A stretch of 64,000 bases of DNA, from contig DAIDJN010000026.1 of NCBI GenBank assembly GCA_027451365.1, positions 1 through 64,000 of the forward strand, given 5' to 3'. This DNA is from Phycisphaerales bacterium (GTDB taxonomy: Bacteria; Planctomycetota; Phycisphaerae; WQYP01). Of the stretch, positions 1-9,157 are shown piece by piece. Each line of letters starts with the position of its first letter. Position 1 is the stretch's first letter. The notes under the pieces are model-generated. The model saw only the letters and a list, made by a program, of their open reading frames with translations, was not told the origin of the DNA and searched no databases. A program made the translations under genes and the position numbers.

Positions 1-50
1 TGTTGTACCGAAGTAGAATTGTCACCCCTTAGCCGAAATAGAAGTGTCAC
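1..50 (+). mobile_element. Left terminal repeat of an IS1202/ISNCY-family element
   Basis: Starts with TGT and contains two internal sub-repeats (GTAGAATTGTCAC and ATAGAAGTGTCAC). Lies 27 bp upstream of an ISNCY-type transposase start. An identical copy is at 3659-3708. Confidence 0.75.
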
Positions 51-77
51 CTTCGAGTCTGGGGTATACCAGACAGA

Positions 78-410
78 ATGGAAAACTTAATTATGTCGGC
101 TAACGAACGGGTTCGTCTGGATGCGATGCATCGGGTTGAACGGGGCGAGGTGACGGTGGTTTCTGCGGCGGTGCTGATGAGCCTATCGCTGCGGCAGGCC
201 CGTCGCCTATGGAAGCGGTATCGTATTGCAGGCGCGGCGGGATTGACGCACCGGTCACGCGGTAGAGCGAGCAATCGGCGGCTGGAAGAAGGCGTTCGTG
301 AGCGGATCGTCAAACGGCGTCAAGAGCGGTACGCCTTGGCCATTCCGGTAAAGAAGGGCAATGTCGCACATTTCTACCGACGTCAGATTTATCGGCAGGC
401 CCGCAATTAA
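78..410 (+). pseudogene. Truncated IS1202/ISNCY-family transposase (N-terminal HTH only)
   Basis: MSANERVRL..AAVLMSLSLRQARRLWKRYR..GAAGLTHRSRGRASNRRL is the typical N-terminus of this family. The ORF is only 110 aa and has no DDE domain. Confidence 0.8.
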
Positions 411-542
411 CCGAACGTCGCCAGCAAGTTGACAGCCTGTTGTAACGCGTTTATATAGTCTTCAACTGATTATTTGCCGGTCGTTTGCCTGCCGTTTTTC
501 GTTTGCTCTGCCTGGATAGGGTTTTGAACAAGGAGAGACCTC

Positions 543-1514
543 ATGGTACGAAATGCAATCGCTATCTTCCTGCGACAGGAGGCGCGCCGACGCTGGGCCG
601 TCGTCGGCGTGGTCGTTGGTTTGCTTCTGGTGATGTTCCCTAAATTGTTATACGTGCCCGTTGCGGACGAGGTCTGTCAAAAATATTTCAAGACGTCGCT
701 TGCCGAAGCCGGAATCTCGTATCTGACGTGTCGGGGCATCATTGGCGGATTGGATTTAATCGAGCACTGTCAGGTTTCCATGGAACCCTGGGGAATCGGG
801 CTAGACGAAGAGCCAGCCCGTCTGACAGATCCATTACGAGATGTTGCCGAGCGGGCGTCGGAGGTCCTTTTTACATCAATTCTGGTCCTAACCGGAGAGA
901 AAATCGGTTACGACATTGTGCGCGTGTTCGGGGGGGTGCTCATTGGCATTGTGATGCTTATTACAGCCTTGGCCGCGTTGTCGCCGCAGGTAGGACATCG
1001 CACTGCCATGATGGGCGTGCGAATTATGCTGCTTCTTTTGGTGTTCCGCGTGGCGCTTCCGGTTTCGGCGGGAGTGTGCGCCGAAGTCAACCACAGGATA
1101 TTTTCCCCAAAGCTTAATTCTGCGCATGCAGCAATTGAAAAAGAATTACCCGACGGCAATATCAAGGCGCTGTCCGATTGGAGCCTCCCGAAGGCGAAAT
1201 TTCATTGGACTTCGCCGGGCGGCTTTCTCGGAGCCTACCTCGGATATGTCTGGGACAAACTATCTGCAATCAGCGACTCAACGCGTGCTATCACTTTGCA
1301 TATGGGGTCGCTTGCCGAGGATTTAACCAGCCTGTCCGGCCTTTACGTTGCCAAGATATTTTTTCAGACGATTGTAATCCCGTTAGGTGTGTATTGGCTG
1401 CTACTAAAGCTGTGCCAATCAATGTTCAATCCCCAATTGCAGCCTGCGCCCAAAGTGAAAATACCACAACCTGAGGGAGGTCAGACAATTGACAAGCCGA
1501 AAATCGGTGCTTGA
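543..1514 (+). CDS. Hypothetical multi-pass membrane protein
   Basis: 323-aa ORF with an AAGGAG RBS and several hydrophobic segments. Confidence 0.75.
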   Translation: MVRNAIAIFLRQEARRRWAVVGVVVGLLLVMFPKLLYVPVADEVCQKYFKTSLAEAGISYLTCRGIIGGLDLIEHCQVSMEPWGIGLDEEPARLTDPLRDVAERASEVLFTSILVLTGEKIGYDIVRVFGGVLIGIVMLITALAALSPQVGHRTAMMGVRIMLLLLVFRVALPVSAGVCAEVNHRIFSPKLNSAHAAIEKELPDGNIKALSDWSLPKAKFHWTSPGGFLGAYLGYVWDKLSAISDSTRAITLHMGSLAEDLTSLSGLYVAKIFFQTIVIPLGVYWLLLKLCQSMFNPQLQPAPKVKIPQPEGGQTIDKPKIGA

Positions 1515-1773
1515 CAATGGTCCGCGGTCAGGCGAATAAAGGACTTTTGGGGACTATTTTGGTTACGGGAAGAATGGGCCACCAAAAAATGTTCTGATCA
1601 TGCAATTTCCGCCACGACGGCGCTGAAAATAGGAACATTTGGCATTTCCATGTCGCGCGGGAATTTGGCGAGCCAGGATCGGCCCGGCGGCGCTCAGTGG
1701 AGCGAGCCAAGTTAATCGAATTATCGGAATATGCGGTCTGGTCCGGGCTACCTTCCTGCACATTTGCCAGGCG

Positions 1774-2691
1774 TTACCGGCCTAGCCCCCCCACCCAGTC
1801 TAGCGACCTGCCGATTAATAGCTCGCTCATCTTTGCGTGGTGCGTGTTTTTCATGGCTATCAATCGCGTTTGGAAATGGTGACTTGCGGCGAGTTGGCGG
1901 ACATCTGCGGCGTCGTCATAGGTCATAAGGAAATCGCCTCTTACTTTCTGCACGGCGGAAAAAAGTTGCTCATGATCAAGTCGGTGGTGCGTGTAAAGCC
2001 GTGAACCGGCCCGTTTGCCTGTCGCCGATCCCGCAGTGTAGGGCGGATCAATGAAAAAGGCGCTGGTTTTCAGGCCTGATTGCTCAAGAATTGCTTGCAT
2101 GCCATCTCCCTCTTGGAAGGTGAAGCGGTCTCGGATTTTGGCGATCGCCCGGATGCGCATCGCTAGTGTGGCCGGATACCACCTCGAGCGCAGCCCCTTG
2201 CCAGCCTCGCCGTTCTTCATCAGACTGGCTCCCGGTGCAAGAATGCCGCCGTGGAATGTGCGGTTCTTTAGCACGGTGCGGAAGGCAACCTCGGGTGTGG
2301 ATTTTCCGGTTCCAGCCAGCTCTTGGCGAACATTCTCGTGGGTTAGGTCGAATGAAAGTATTCTCGTGATCAGCCACTCGGCGTCCAGTTGCAGGATCGT
2401 TTTCCAGACTGCGGCAACCTCGCTGTCCAATTCGACAAGCAGGACGTGTTCCGCCAGCCCCTCGAAGGCTGCGGTCAGGCCCACGGTTGCGCCGCCAGCG
2501 AACGGTTCGACCAATAATTTCGGTCGGCGGCCTTGGCTCCTCAGCCATTCCCTCGCGCGCGGCACAAGCCAAGTCTTTCCGCCGGGGTAGCGAAACGGGC
2601 TGCGTTTTGGCACCGATGCGACGTTTACGACGTGGCCGGGAGCCTCGAAGTTCCAGAACGCCTGCTGGTGCCCAGCGTTAAGACGGTCCAT
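1774..2691 (-). CDS. DNA adenine methyltransferase (Dam/D12 class, alpha group)
   Basis: Motifs SPFRYPGGKTWL, VEPFAGGATV (motif I) and FFIDPPY (motif IV). The ATG at 2691 overlaps the end of the upstream nuclease gene. Confidence 0.9.
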   Translation of the reverse strand: MDRLNAGHQQAFWNFEAPGHVVNVASVPKRSPFRYPGGKTWLVPRAREWLRSQGRRPKLLVEPFAGGATVGLTAAFEGLAEHVLLVELDSEVAAVWKTILQLDAEWLITRILSFDLTHENVRQELAGTGKSTPEVAFRTVLKNRTFHGGILAPGASLMKNGEAGKGLRSRWYPATLAMRIRAIAKIRDRFTFQEGDGMQAILEQSGLKTSAFFIDPPYTAGSATGKRAGSRLYTHHRLDHEQLFSAVQKVRGDFLMTYDDAADVRQLAASHHFQTRLIAMKNTHHAKMSELLIGRSLDWVGGLGR

Positions 2692-3550
2692 GGAGCACCT
2701 CCGTCGTGGGTGGTTGTCCCTCAAGCTTTTCGTTAACCCGCTGCTGCAGCTGCGCCGCGAATTTGCCGACATCGCCTGGCTCAGATTGTGTGATTTTTGC
2801 GAGGCTTTCATCGAATTTCGTGTAAACCGTTTTTCCTTTTTTCAAGGAATAGATGCCCGTTGACGGGTTTTTATCTAGATCATATACGAACCAAGCCATT
2901 TCCGCGTCTGCGGCGGCCACGGACCCCAGGGTCGGTAGCGTCTCGAAAAAACCCCGGTTAATGGCTACGGCTGTTTTCTTGTTCCACGCCTTGAAGATGC
3001 CGCCTTTGAAGATCAGTTGTGGCGCAAGGCGTTTGCGTGACGAGGAGAGGTAGTCCGGGTTGGGGTACCATTGCTCGCGGCTCCAATCCATGCTCGCCCG
3101 GTCCTTTGGGTTCTCCATGTAGTATTCAAACGGGTTGCGAATGTTCCCCGAAATATAGACGGCTTGGACCTCCAGCGCCCCAAAATCCGTTATTTTTCCG
3201 TGCTTATCGTAGGAGCACAAAACTACGTCGATGTTGCCCGCCGATTTGTCGTTTGCGTCCTTCAGCCGTATTTCTGTGAGCGTCGTCCATTTGGTGCCCG
3301 GTGGGAAGAAAAACTCTGCCGCGTCCTCCGCGATCAGCCACCTTTCGCGGAACCTGATGGGGCAGGTGATGACCACTGAATCGCCATCGAAAATACTGCA
3401 CACTCCCAATGGATCGTTAGCCTTGTCTTTCGTGCAATTGGGTACTCTGTTGCCGAACGGGCAGAGCCGATTCTTACGGCAGCGCCGGGCTTCGTCGGAG
3501 TTGTCCGCAATTGGGAATCCAAAGACCTCGGCGAGCGGTTGCTTCGGCAT
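2678..3550 (-). CDS. NotI-family restriction endonuclease
   Basis: N-terminal four-Cys metal site (CPF..CTK..GVCS..ITCPIRF), then GNIDVVL..ALEVQAVYISGN and PDYLSSSRKRLAPQL, all typical of the NotI family. Adjacent to a methylase. Confidence 0.8.
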   Translation of the reverse strand: MPKQPLAEVFGFPIADNSDEARRCRKNRLCPFGNRVPNCTKDKANDPLGVCSIFDGDSVVITCPIRFRERWLIAEDAAEFFFPPGTKWTTLTEIRLKDANDKSAGNIDVVLCSYDKHGKITDFGALEVQAVYISGNIRNPFEYYMENPKDRASMDWSREQWYPNPDYLSSSRKRLAPQLIFKGGIFKAWNKKTAVAINRGFFETLPTLGSVAAADAEMAWFVYDLDKNPSTGIYSLKKGKTVYTKFDESLAKITQSEPGDVGKFAAQLQQRVNEKLEGQPPTTEVLHGPS

Positions 3551-3658
3551 TTATGCGAACTCCTTTTCCCTTGCGTTACCTGTAGGGTGCTTTCAGTGCA
3601 CTTCGGGGAACGATTATACCAGAAGGTGGGCGGCCGAACAGAATAAATTTCTGCGGGT

Positions 3659-3708
3659 TGTTGTACCGAAGTAGAATTGTCACCCCTTAGCCGAAATAGA
3701 AGTGTCAC
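3659..3708 (+). repeat. Solo second copy of the IS1202/ISNCY terminal repeat
   Basis: 50/50 identical to 1-50 in the same orientation, with no transposase following. Confidence 0.9.
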
Positions 3709-3829
3709 TTCCCAAACATTGACGAATTCCGTCGCGTCGCTGTGCTGCATTGGTGAAGATCAGCTTCCGGTCATTGGCTGGCGGTCTTTTGCCGCCGGGC
3801 TTGCCCCTGTGCACCTTGCCGACAAATTT

Positions 3830-4043
3830 AACGCAGGGGACGCGGAGGATCGCGGGGAATTTGCAATTGCGCAGCTTGATTTTGTATTACTCATTGCTAT
3901 TTCAGGTGACCCGGCACAATGCGGGTGTTAATCCTAAATCTCATCTATTTTAACCTCTGCGTTACCCCGCATCCTCTGCGACGAAGTTTTACCTGGCTGG
4001 CGTCGTAAAAACGGAGATTCATCGCGTGGGATTTAGAACTAAC
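3830..4043. repeat. REP/MITE-like inverted-repeat cluster
   Basis: AACGCAGGGGACGCGGAGG (3830) faces CCTCTGCGTTACCCCGCATCCTCTGCG (3954-3980). A second inverted pair, 3927-3943 and 4027-4043, matches at 14/17. Confidence 0.5.
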
Positions 4044-4519
4044 GCGCTATGGTGTGCCTGAACCATCGAAGCCTTCTGGCGCGGGAGATACCATTCCCGC
4101 GCGTTTTGTCACCCGGTATTACGAATCATCCGATGATGTCGCCATGACCCTGCAATACAACTCCAATTTCTGGCAATGGGAAGTATAATTCATTTGAAAA
4201 TCGTGCTTTTGAAAGTGGCCGCAGTTCTCCCCAGAAACCCGCGATGGCCAGGTCCTGAAAAAGCAAAATGCCCGAATTGCCGGGCCGCAGGTTGCGCATC
4301 TATGACCATTGTTCATATTCCACCAATGCCCCCGGGCAGTTCGCGCCACGCACCGCATACAAGCCATCCGAATAAAATGATGAGCGTGGATAGCGGTGTC
4401 TTGGAATGAAAAAGTGTTGAAAGCCGATGCCGCCACTATCACATTTGACGTATTTGGTATAGGCTACGGCAGTCGCATCAAGTGCGATCGGATTTGAATT
4501 AGATTAGAGGAGTATTGGC

Positions 4520-5701
4520 GTGTCCAGGGAACTCATTGCAACACTGTTGGATTCATTTCATGTTGAAATCCCCTCATGGGGGTTTGCCGACACCGGTACC
4601 CGCTTTGGAAAATTCATGCAGGACGCCGCAGCTGTCACCGTAGATGAAAAAATGGCCGATGCCGGGCATGTGCACAAACTTTTAGGGGCTTGCCCCACCG
4701 TGGCCGTGCATGTGTTATGGGATTTCAAGCCCGGGCAGGCACCCGCAGATGTTGCCGCCCTTGCAGCGGCCAATGGTATTAAAATCGGATCCATTAACCC
4801 CAACGTGTTTCAGGACCAGCAGTATAAATGGGGCAGCCTGTGCAACCGCGACCCGGCCATCCGGCAGATGGCGGTTACACACATTAAGGATTCGGTCAAA
4901 ATTGGCACGCAAACCGGCAGCAATCTGGTATCCCTGTGGCTGGCGGATGGCCTGAATTATCCCGGACAGTCAGATATTATTGCCCGCAAGAAATGGCTGA
5001 CAGATGCGTTAAAAGCTGTGCACAACGCCATGCCGGCAGACATGACGCTGCTGGTGGAATACAAGCCGTTTGAGCCGGCGTTTTATGCCACGGACATTGC
5101 GGACTGGGGTATGGCTCTGCTGCTGGCGCAGTCGGCCGGTCCGCGGGCAAAAGTGCTGGTGGACACGGGCCATCATTATCAGGCGACGAACATAGAACAG
5201 ATTGTCGCATGGCTGCTGGATGAAAACATGCTGGGCGGATTCCATTTTAATGATCGCAAATATGCCGATGACGACCTGACAATCGGCTCCATAGACCCGT
5301 ACCAGATATTCAGGATTTTTCATGAAATTCATAACCATCATTTCCGCACCGGGTCTCTGCCACCCATTGCGTATATGGTTGATCAGAGCCATAACCTGAA
5401 ACCCAAAATTGAAGCCATGATTCAAACGGTGGACATGGCCCAGCAGCTATACATAAAAGCGGCACTGGTGGACCGAAAAAAGCTGGCCGCCGCCCAAGCC
5501 GCGGAAGACCTTGTAACCAGCGAAAACCTGCTGCGTGATGCCTATTTAACGGATGTGCGACCTATGCTGGCCGAATGGCGGGTAGCGCGGCATCTGCCGG
5601 CAAACCCGCTGGCGGCACATCGCGAAAGCGGGTATGAGAGGCGGATCGCCGCAGAGCGTAAAGCCAAACATGGAAATAAGGGCGGCGGCGGATATGCCTG
5701 A
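4520..5701 (+). CDS. rhaI: L-rhamnose isomerase (RhaI type, xylose-isomerase-like TIM barrel)
   Basis: EIPSWGFADTGTRF, LWLADGLNYPGQ, VEYKPFEPAFY..DWG, VDTGHH, GGFHFNDRKYADDDL, YMVDQSHN. GAGGAG RBS before the GTG start. Confidence 0.85.
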   Translation: MSRELIATLLDSFHVEIPSWGFADTGTRFGKFMQDAAAVTVDEKMADAGHVHKLLGACPTVAVHVLWDFKPGQAPADVAALAAANGIKIGSINPNVFQDQQYKWGSLCNRDPAIRQMAVTHIKDSVKIGTQTGSNLVSLWLADGLNYPGQSDIIARKKWLTDALKAVHNAMPADMTLLVEYKPFEPAFYATDIADWGMALLLAQSAGPRAKVLVDTGHHYQATNIEQIVAWLLDENMLGGFHFNDRKYADDDLTIGSIDPYQIFRIFHEIHNHHFRTGSLPPIAYMVDQSHNLKPKIEAMIQTVDMAQQLYIKAALVDRKKLAAAQAAEDLVTSENLLRDAYLTDVRPMLAEWRVARHLPANPLAAHRESGYERRIAAERKAKHGNKGGGGYA

Positions 5702-5778
5702 TGCCGCGGCGCGCAACGGGCGGTTGCGACACGGCGGAAAATCCGCAATTGCCCTCTGTTAATTGTGGAGAATGAGCC

Positions 5779-6162
5779 ATGGAATCCGCACCGGATATTT
5801 TGTCGGCCACGCAACTGCTTACCCGCTGGACCTGGCTGTTTCTGGGCTGCCTGCTTGATGCGCTGGTATTTCTGGCTATTGGCATTGCGATGCTGGTTTA
5901 CATGCCGCAGCATCATATTGCGGCGTTCTGGCTAACGGCCATCGGCGGGCTGGGAGCGGCGGCCTGCGCGGGCGCGGCAATGCATTGCCTGAACAAACTG
6001 GCGCTGGCCGGGCAGGACCCGCGGCGGAGCTGGATCGCATTTTTATCCAATCATCTTTTTTGCCGCGCGCTGGCGATAGTGCAATTTGCCACGTTTCTGG
6101 CGGCTCTGCTGGCAATCGCCATTCGGCTTCTTGGTTTTGATGTATCTGCACTGAAATTGTAA
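5779..6162 (+). CDS. Small hypothetical membrane protein
   Basis: 127 aa with about three hydrophobic helices. GGAG lies upstream. Confidence 0.6.
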   Translation: MESAPDILSATQLLTRWTWLFLGCLLDALVFLAIGIAMLVYMPQHHIAAFWLTAIGGLGAAACAGAAMHCLNKLALAGQDPRRSWIAFLSNHLFCRALAIVQFATFLAALLAIAIRLLGFDVSALKL

Positions 6163-6434
6163 ATGAAGGCTGACAATTTTTCCGCCACAGGCGGTCACGC
6201 AGGATAATATTGACGCCAAGCGAGCGCGTTACTCCGGGTTGGAGCTATACAATTCAACGGTCAGGCGGCGGCCTTGCGTTTTTCCCCGCCTTTAAGTCGG
6301 GTTTGCATGAACCGCAATATCTCTGTTGGGGAAAGCGGGTCCAATGACCAATCTGGCGATTTTTACCTGATTCAGCATCAGCTTTTCGCGCCGCGTTTCG
6401 TTTTGGCCGGTCTTCTGCTAAACTCTCGGCCAGT

Positions 6435-7517
6435 ATGAAAGCCAAAGACACCGAAATGCTAACGTATAAACAGGCCGGAGTAGACATCGACGCCGGCGAT
6501 ACCATGGTGGACAACATCAAGCATTTGTGCGCCCGCACCTATGGGCCGCGTGTGCTTGGGAAATATGGCGCATTCGCCGGACTGTTCCGCCTGGATTTCA
6601 ACGAAAAGCTTTTTGCCCGGAACTACAAGGAACCGGTGCTGATTGCCTGCACCGACGGCGTGGGAACAAAAATAAAAATCGCCGCACAAATGCGGAAATA
6701 TGACACGGTCGGAATCGACCTTGTGGCCATGAACGTCAACGATCTGATCGTTCAGGGCGGCGAACCGCTATTCTTTCTGGATTATCTGGCGGTTCATAAG
6801 CTTGACCCGGTTGTGACCACCGCGATGGTCAAAGGCATATCCGACGGCTGCCTGCAATCCGGGGCGGCATTGCTGGGCGGCGAAACCGCCGAGATGCCAT
6901 CCGTCTATGCCCCTGGCGAATTCGACATGGCTGGCTTCGCGGTCGGCGTGGTTGAACGTGGCAATATGCTGGATGGCACAGGCGTGGCAGCCGGGGACAG
7001 TATTATTGGCCTTGCGAGCAGCGGCGTGCATTCCAACGGCTATGCCCTGGTTCGCAAGATATGCTTTGAAAAGCTCGGCCTTTCCACGAGTGAAAAGATT
7101 CCGGAATTCGGCCGGACACTGGGCGAAGAACTTCTGGAACCAACACGGATATATGTGAAATCCGTACTGGGTCTTCTGAAACAATACAAGGTTAAACGCG
7201 TCGTCAAGGCGATGAGCCACATCACCGGCAGCGGGCTGCCCGGAAATCTGCCGCGCGTGCTGCCCGACGGCATGATTGCGAAAATCAAACGGGATTCCTG
7301 GACAATACCACCCATCTTTCAGTTCCTGGCCCGGCACGGCCCGGTGGACCCCGAGGAAATGTTGAATGTGTTCAACATGGGCATCGGCTATGTGATTGTG
7401 GTAAGCCCTAATTCCACACGCGCGGTCATGGCTCATTTGCGAAGCCTTGGCGAAAAGCCATTTTTCATGGGTAAGGTCAAAAAGGCCCTGGGCGAAGCAA
7501 GAATTGAATGGTCTTAA
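6435..7517 (+). CDS. purM: Phosphoribosylformylglycinamidine cyclo-ligase (AIR synthetase)
   Basis: TYKQAGVDIDAG, TDGVGTK, GIDLVAMNVND, GGETAEMP, SSGVHSNGY, HITG, FNMGIG. Confidence 0.97.
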   Translation: MKAKDTEMLTYKQAGVDIDAGDTMVDNIKHLCARTYGPRVLGKYGAFAGLFRLDFNEKLFARNYKEPVLIACTDGVGTKIKIAAQMRKYDTVGIDLVAMNVNDLIVQGGEPLFFLDYLAVHKLDPVVTTAMVKGISDGCLQSGAALLGGETAEMPSVYAPGEFDMAGFAVGVVERGNMLDGTGVAAGDSIIGLASSGVHSNGYALVRKICFEKLGLSTSEKIPEFGRTLGEELLEPTRIYVKSVLGLLKQYKVKRVVKAMSHITGSGLPGNLPRVLPDGMIAKIKRDSWTIPPIFQFLARHGPVDPEEMLNVFNMGIGYVIVVSPNSTRAVMAHLRSLGEKPFFMGKVKKALGEARIEWS

Positions 7518-7891
7518 CTCATGTTTTTTTGCCACTAAATGGCTGACAAAAGATTGGCCGGTGCGTGCCATTTCCGGGCTTCGCCAAAAGTCGGACAGGA
7601 TAATTGGATTCCCAGGTTGTCGGGCGAAGACCAAATATTTGCATCGCAATCTGACTTGGACGGACGAACAATGCCGACGCCAAGCCGCACAGGACAGCGG
7701 CCAGAGCGGGCACACCTATTGCCATGGAAAGCAGGTCGGCGATATCTGTAGTGGAAATGGTTTTGCGGCCGCGTCCAGCCGCGGGTGCCAGAAGAAAATG
7801 AACGCAAGCCATTTCCCGGACCGCAAGCTATAATACTTTGCATAAGTCGCCGCGGCGATCGGGGCGGCAATCTTCAGGAAAGGAACCTATC

Positions 7892-9001
7892 ATGGCTGCT
7901 TCAGAATCCTCTTCCCGCACACAAGCACTCCACGCCGTCGGCCAGAGCCTCTGGCTGGACAACATTACCCGCGGCATGTTGACCAGCGGCACGTTGAAAC
8001 GCTATATCAAAGACTTAACCGTCACAGGCTTGACCTCCAATCCAACCATTTTCGACCACGCTATCGGCAAAACTAATTTTTACGACCAGGCGATTACCAG
8101 CCGCGGCAACTCCGCGGCCTCGGTTCCGGAATCGATATTTTTTGATCTGGCCATAGAAGACCTGCAAAATGCCGCCGACCTGTTCCGCCCGGTTTATGAC
8201 GCAACCAATGGCCAGGATGGCTTTGTGTCGCTGGAAGTATCTCCGCTGCTGGCATATGACACAGCCAAGACACTGGCGGCGGCGAAGGAACTTTTTGCAC
8301 GGGCCAAGCGTCAGAACCTGTTTATTAAAATCCCCGGCACACCGGAAGGGTTGCCCGCAATAGAAGAAGCCATTTTCCAGGGCATTCCGGTGAATGTCAC
8401 GCTCTTGTTTTCCGAGGGCCAGTACATTGCCGCAGCCAACGCATATATGCGTGGCGTTCAACGCCGGGTTGCCGCGGGCCTGCCCGGGCGCGTGGCATCG
8501 GTGGCATCGGTATTCATCAGCCGCTGGGACAAAGCCATCGCGAATAAAGTTCCCGCGGACCTTCGCAATACGCTGGGAATTGCGATTGCAGCGCGGGTTT
8601 ATAAGGCGTACCGCGACCTGCTTGCGGGCGATACGTGGAAGAAACTCGCGGGTGCCGGCGCGATTCCCCAGCAGCTGCTTTGGGCAAGCACCGGCACGAA
8701 AGATCCAGCCGCCCCGGACACCTTTTACATCACCGCGCTGGCCGCGCCAGACACCATTAACACCATGCCGGAGGAAACTCTGCTGGCATTTGCCGACCAC
8801 GGCAAGATAACCGGCATCATGCGCCCGGAAACAGCCCAAGCGGACGCGGTCATTAAACGGTTTGCCGGCGCGGGTGTGGATGTCCTTCAATTGGCCGCAC
8901 AACTGCAAAAAGAGGGCGCAGAATCGTTCGTAAAATCATGGAACGAATTGCTTGCGGCCATCACGCGAAAAAGTCAGTCCCTGACCGCGGCTTCGGCATA
9001 A
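7892..9001 (+). CDS. tal: Transaldolase
   Basis: GQSLWLDNITR, GLTSNPTIF, VSLEVSP, FIKIPGT (Schiff-base Lys), NVTLLFS, LLWASTGTK. Start taken at the RBS-preceded ATG. Confidence 0.95.
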   Translation: MAASESSSRTQALHAVGQSLWLDNITRGMLTSGTLKRYIKDLTVTGLTSNPTIFDHAIGKTNFYDQAITSRGNSAASVPESIFFDLAIEDLQNAADLFRPVYDATNGQDGFVSLEVSPLLAYDTAKTLAAAKELFARAKRQNLFIKIPGTPEGLPAIEEAIFQGIPVNVTLLFSEGQYIAAANAYMRGVQRRVAAGLPGRVASVASVFISRWDKAIANKVPADLRNTLGIAIAARVYKAYRDLLAGDTWKKLAGAGAIPQQLLWASTGTKDPAAPDTFYITALAAPDTINTMPEETLLAFADHGKITGIMRPETAQADAVIKRFAGAGVDVLQLAAQLQKEGAESFVKSWNELLAAITRKSQSLTAASA

Positions 9002-9157
9002 AATTGCACGCAATATCCCGCTGCGGCACCGTAAATCGAAACGGTTCGCCGGGGCGCATGCATGAGTTGTGTATGGTCTGGAACAGACGAGTGCCAATTG
9101 CGGCACACTGGCGGTGAACCCGTCAGTCACTGGTCGGAATGCCCCGCGGCGTTCATA

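Noticed and set aside
360..400. Right end of the IS1202-type element (CACATTTCTAC resembles an inverted sub-repeat)
   Set aside because: Only one partial sub-repeat and no clear terminal ACA, so it is not called.
6165..6434. Purine/ZTP riboswitch upstream of purM
   Set aside because: No recognisable consensus by eye; an Rfam scan would be needed.
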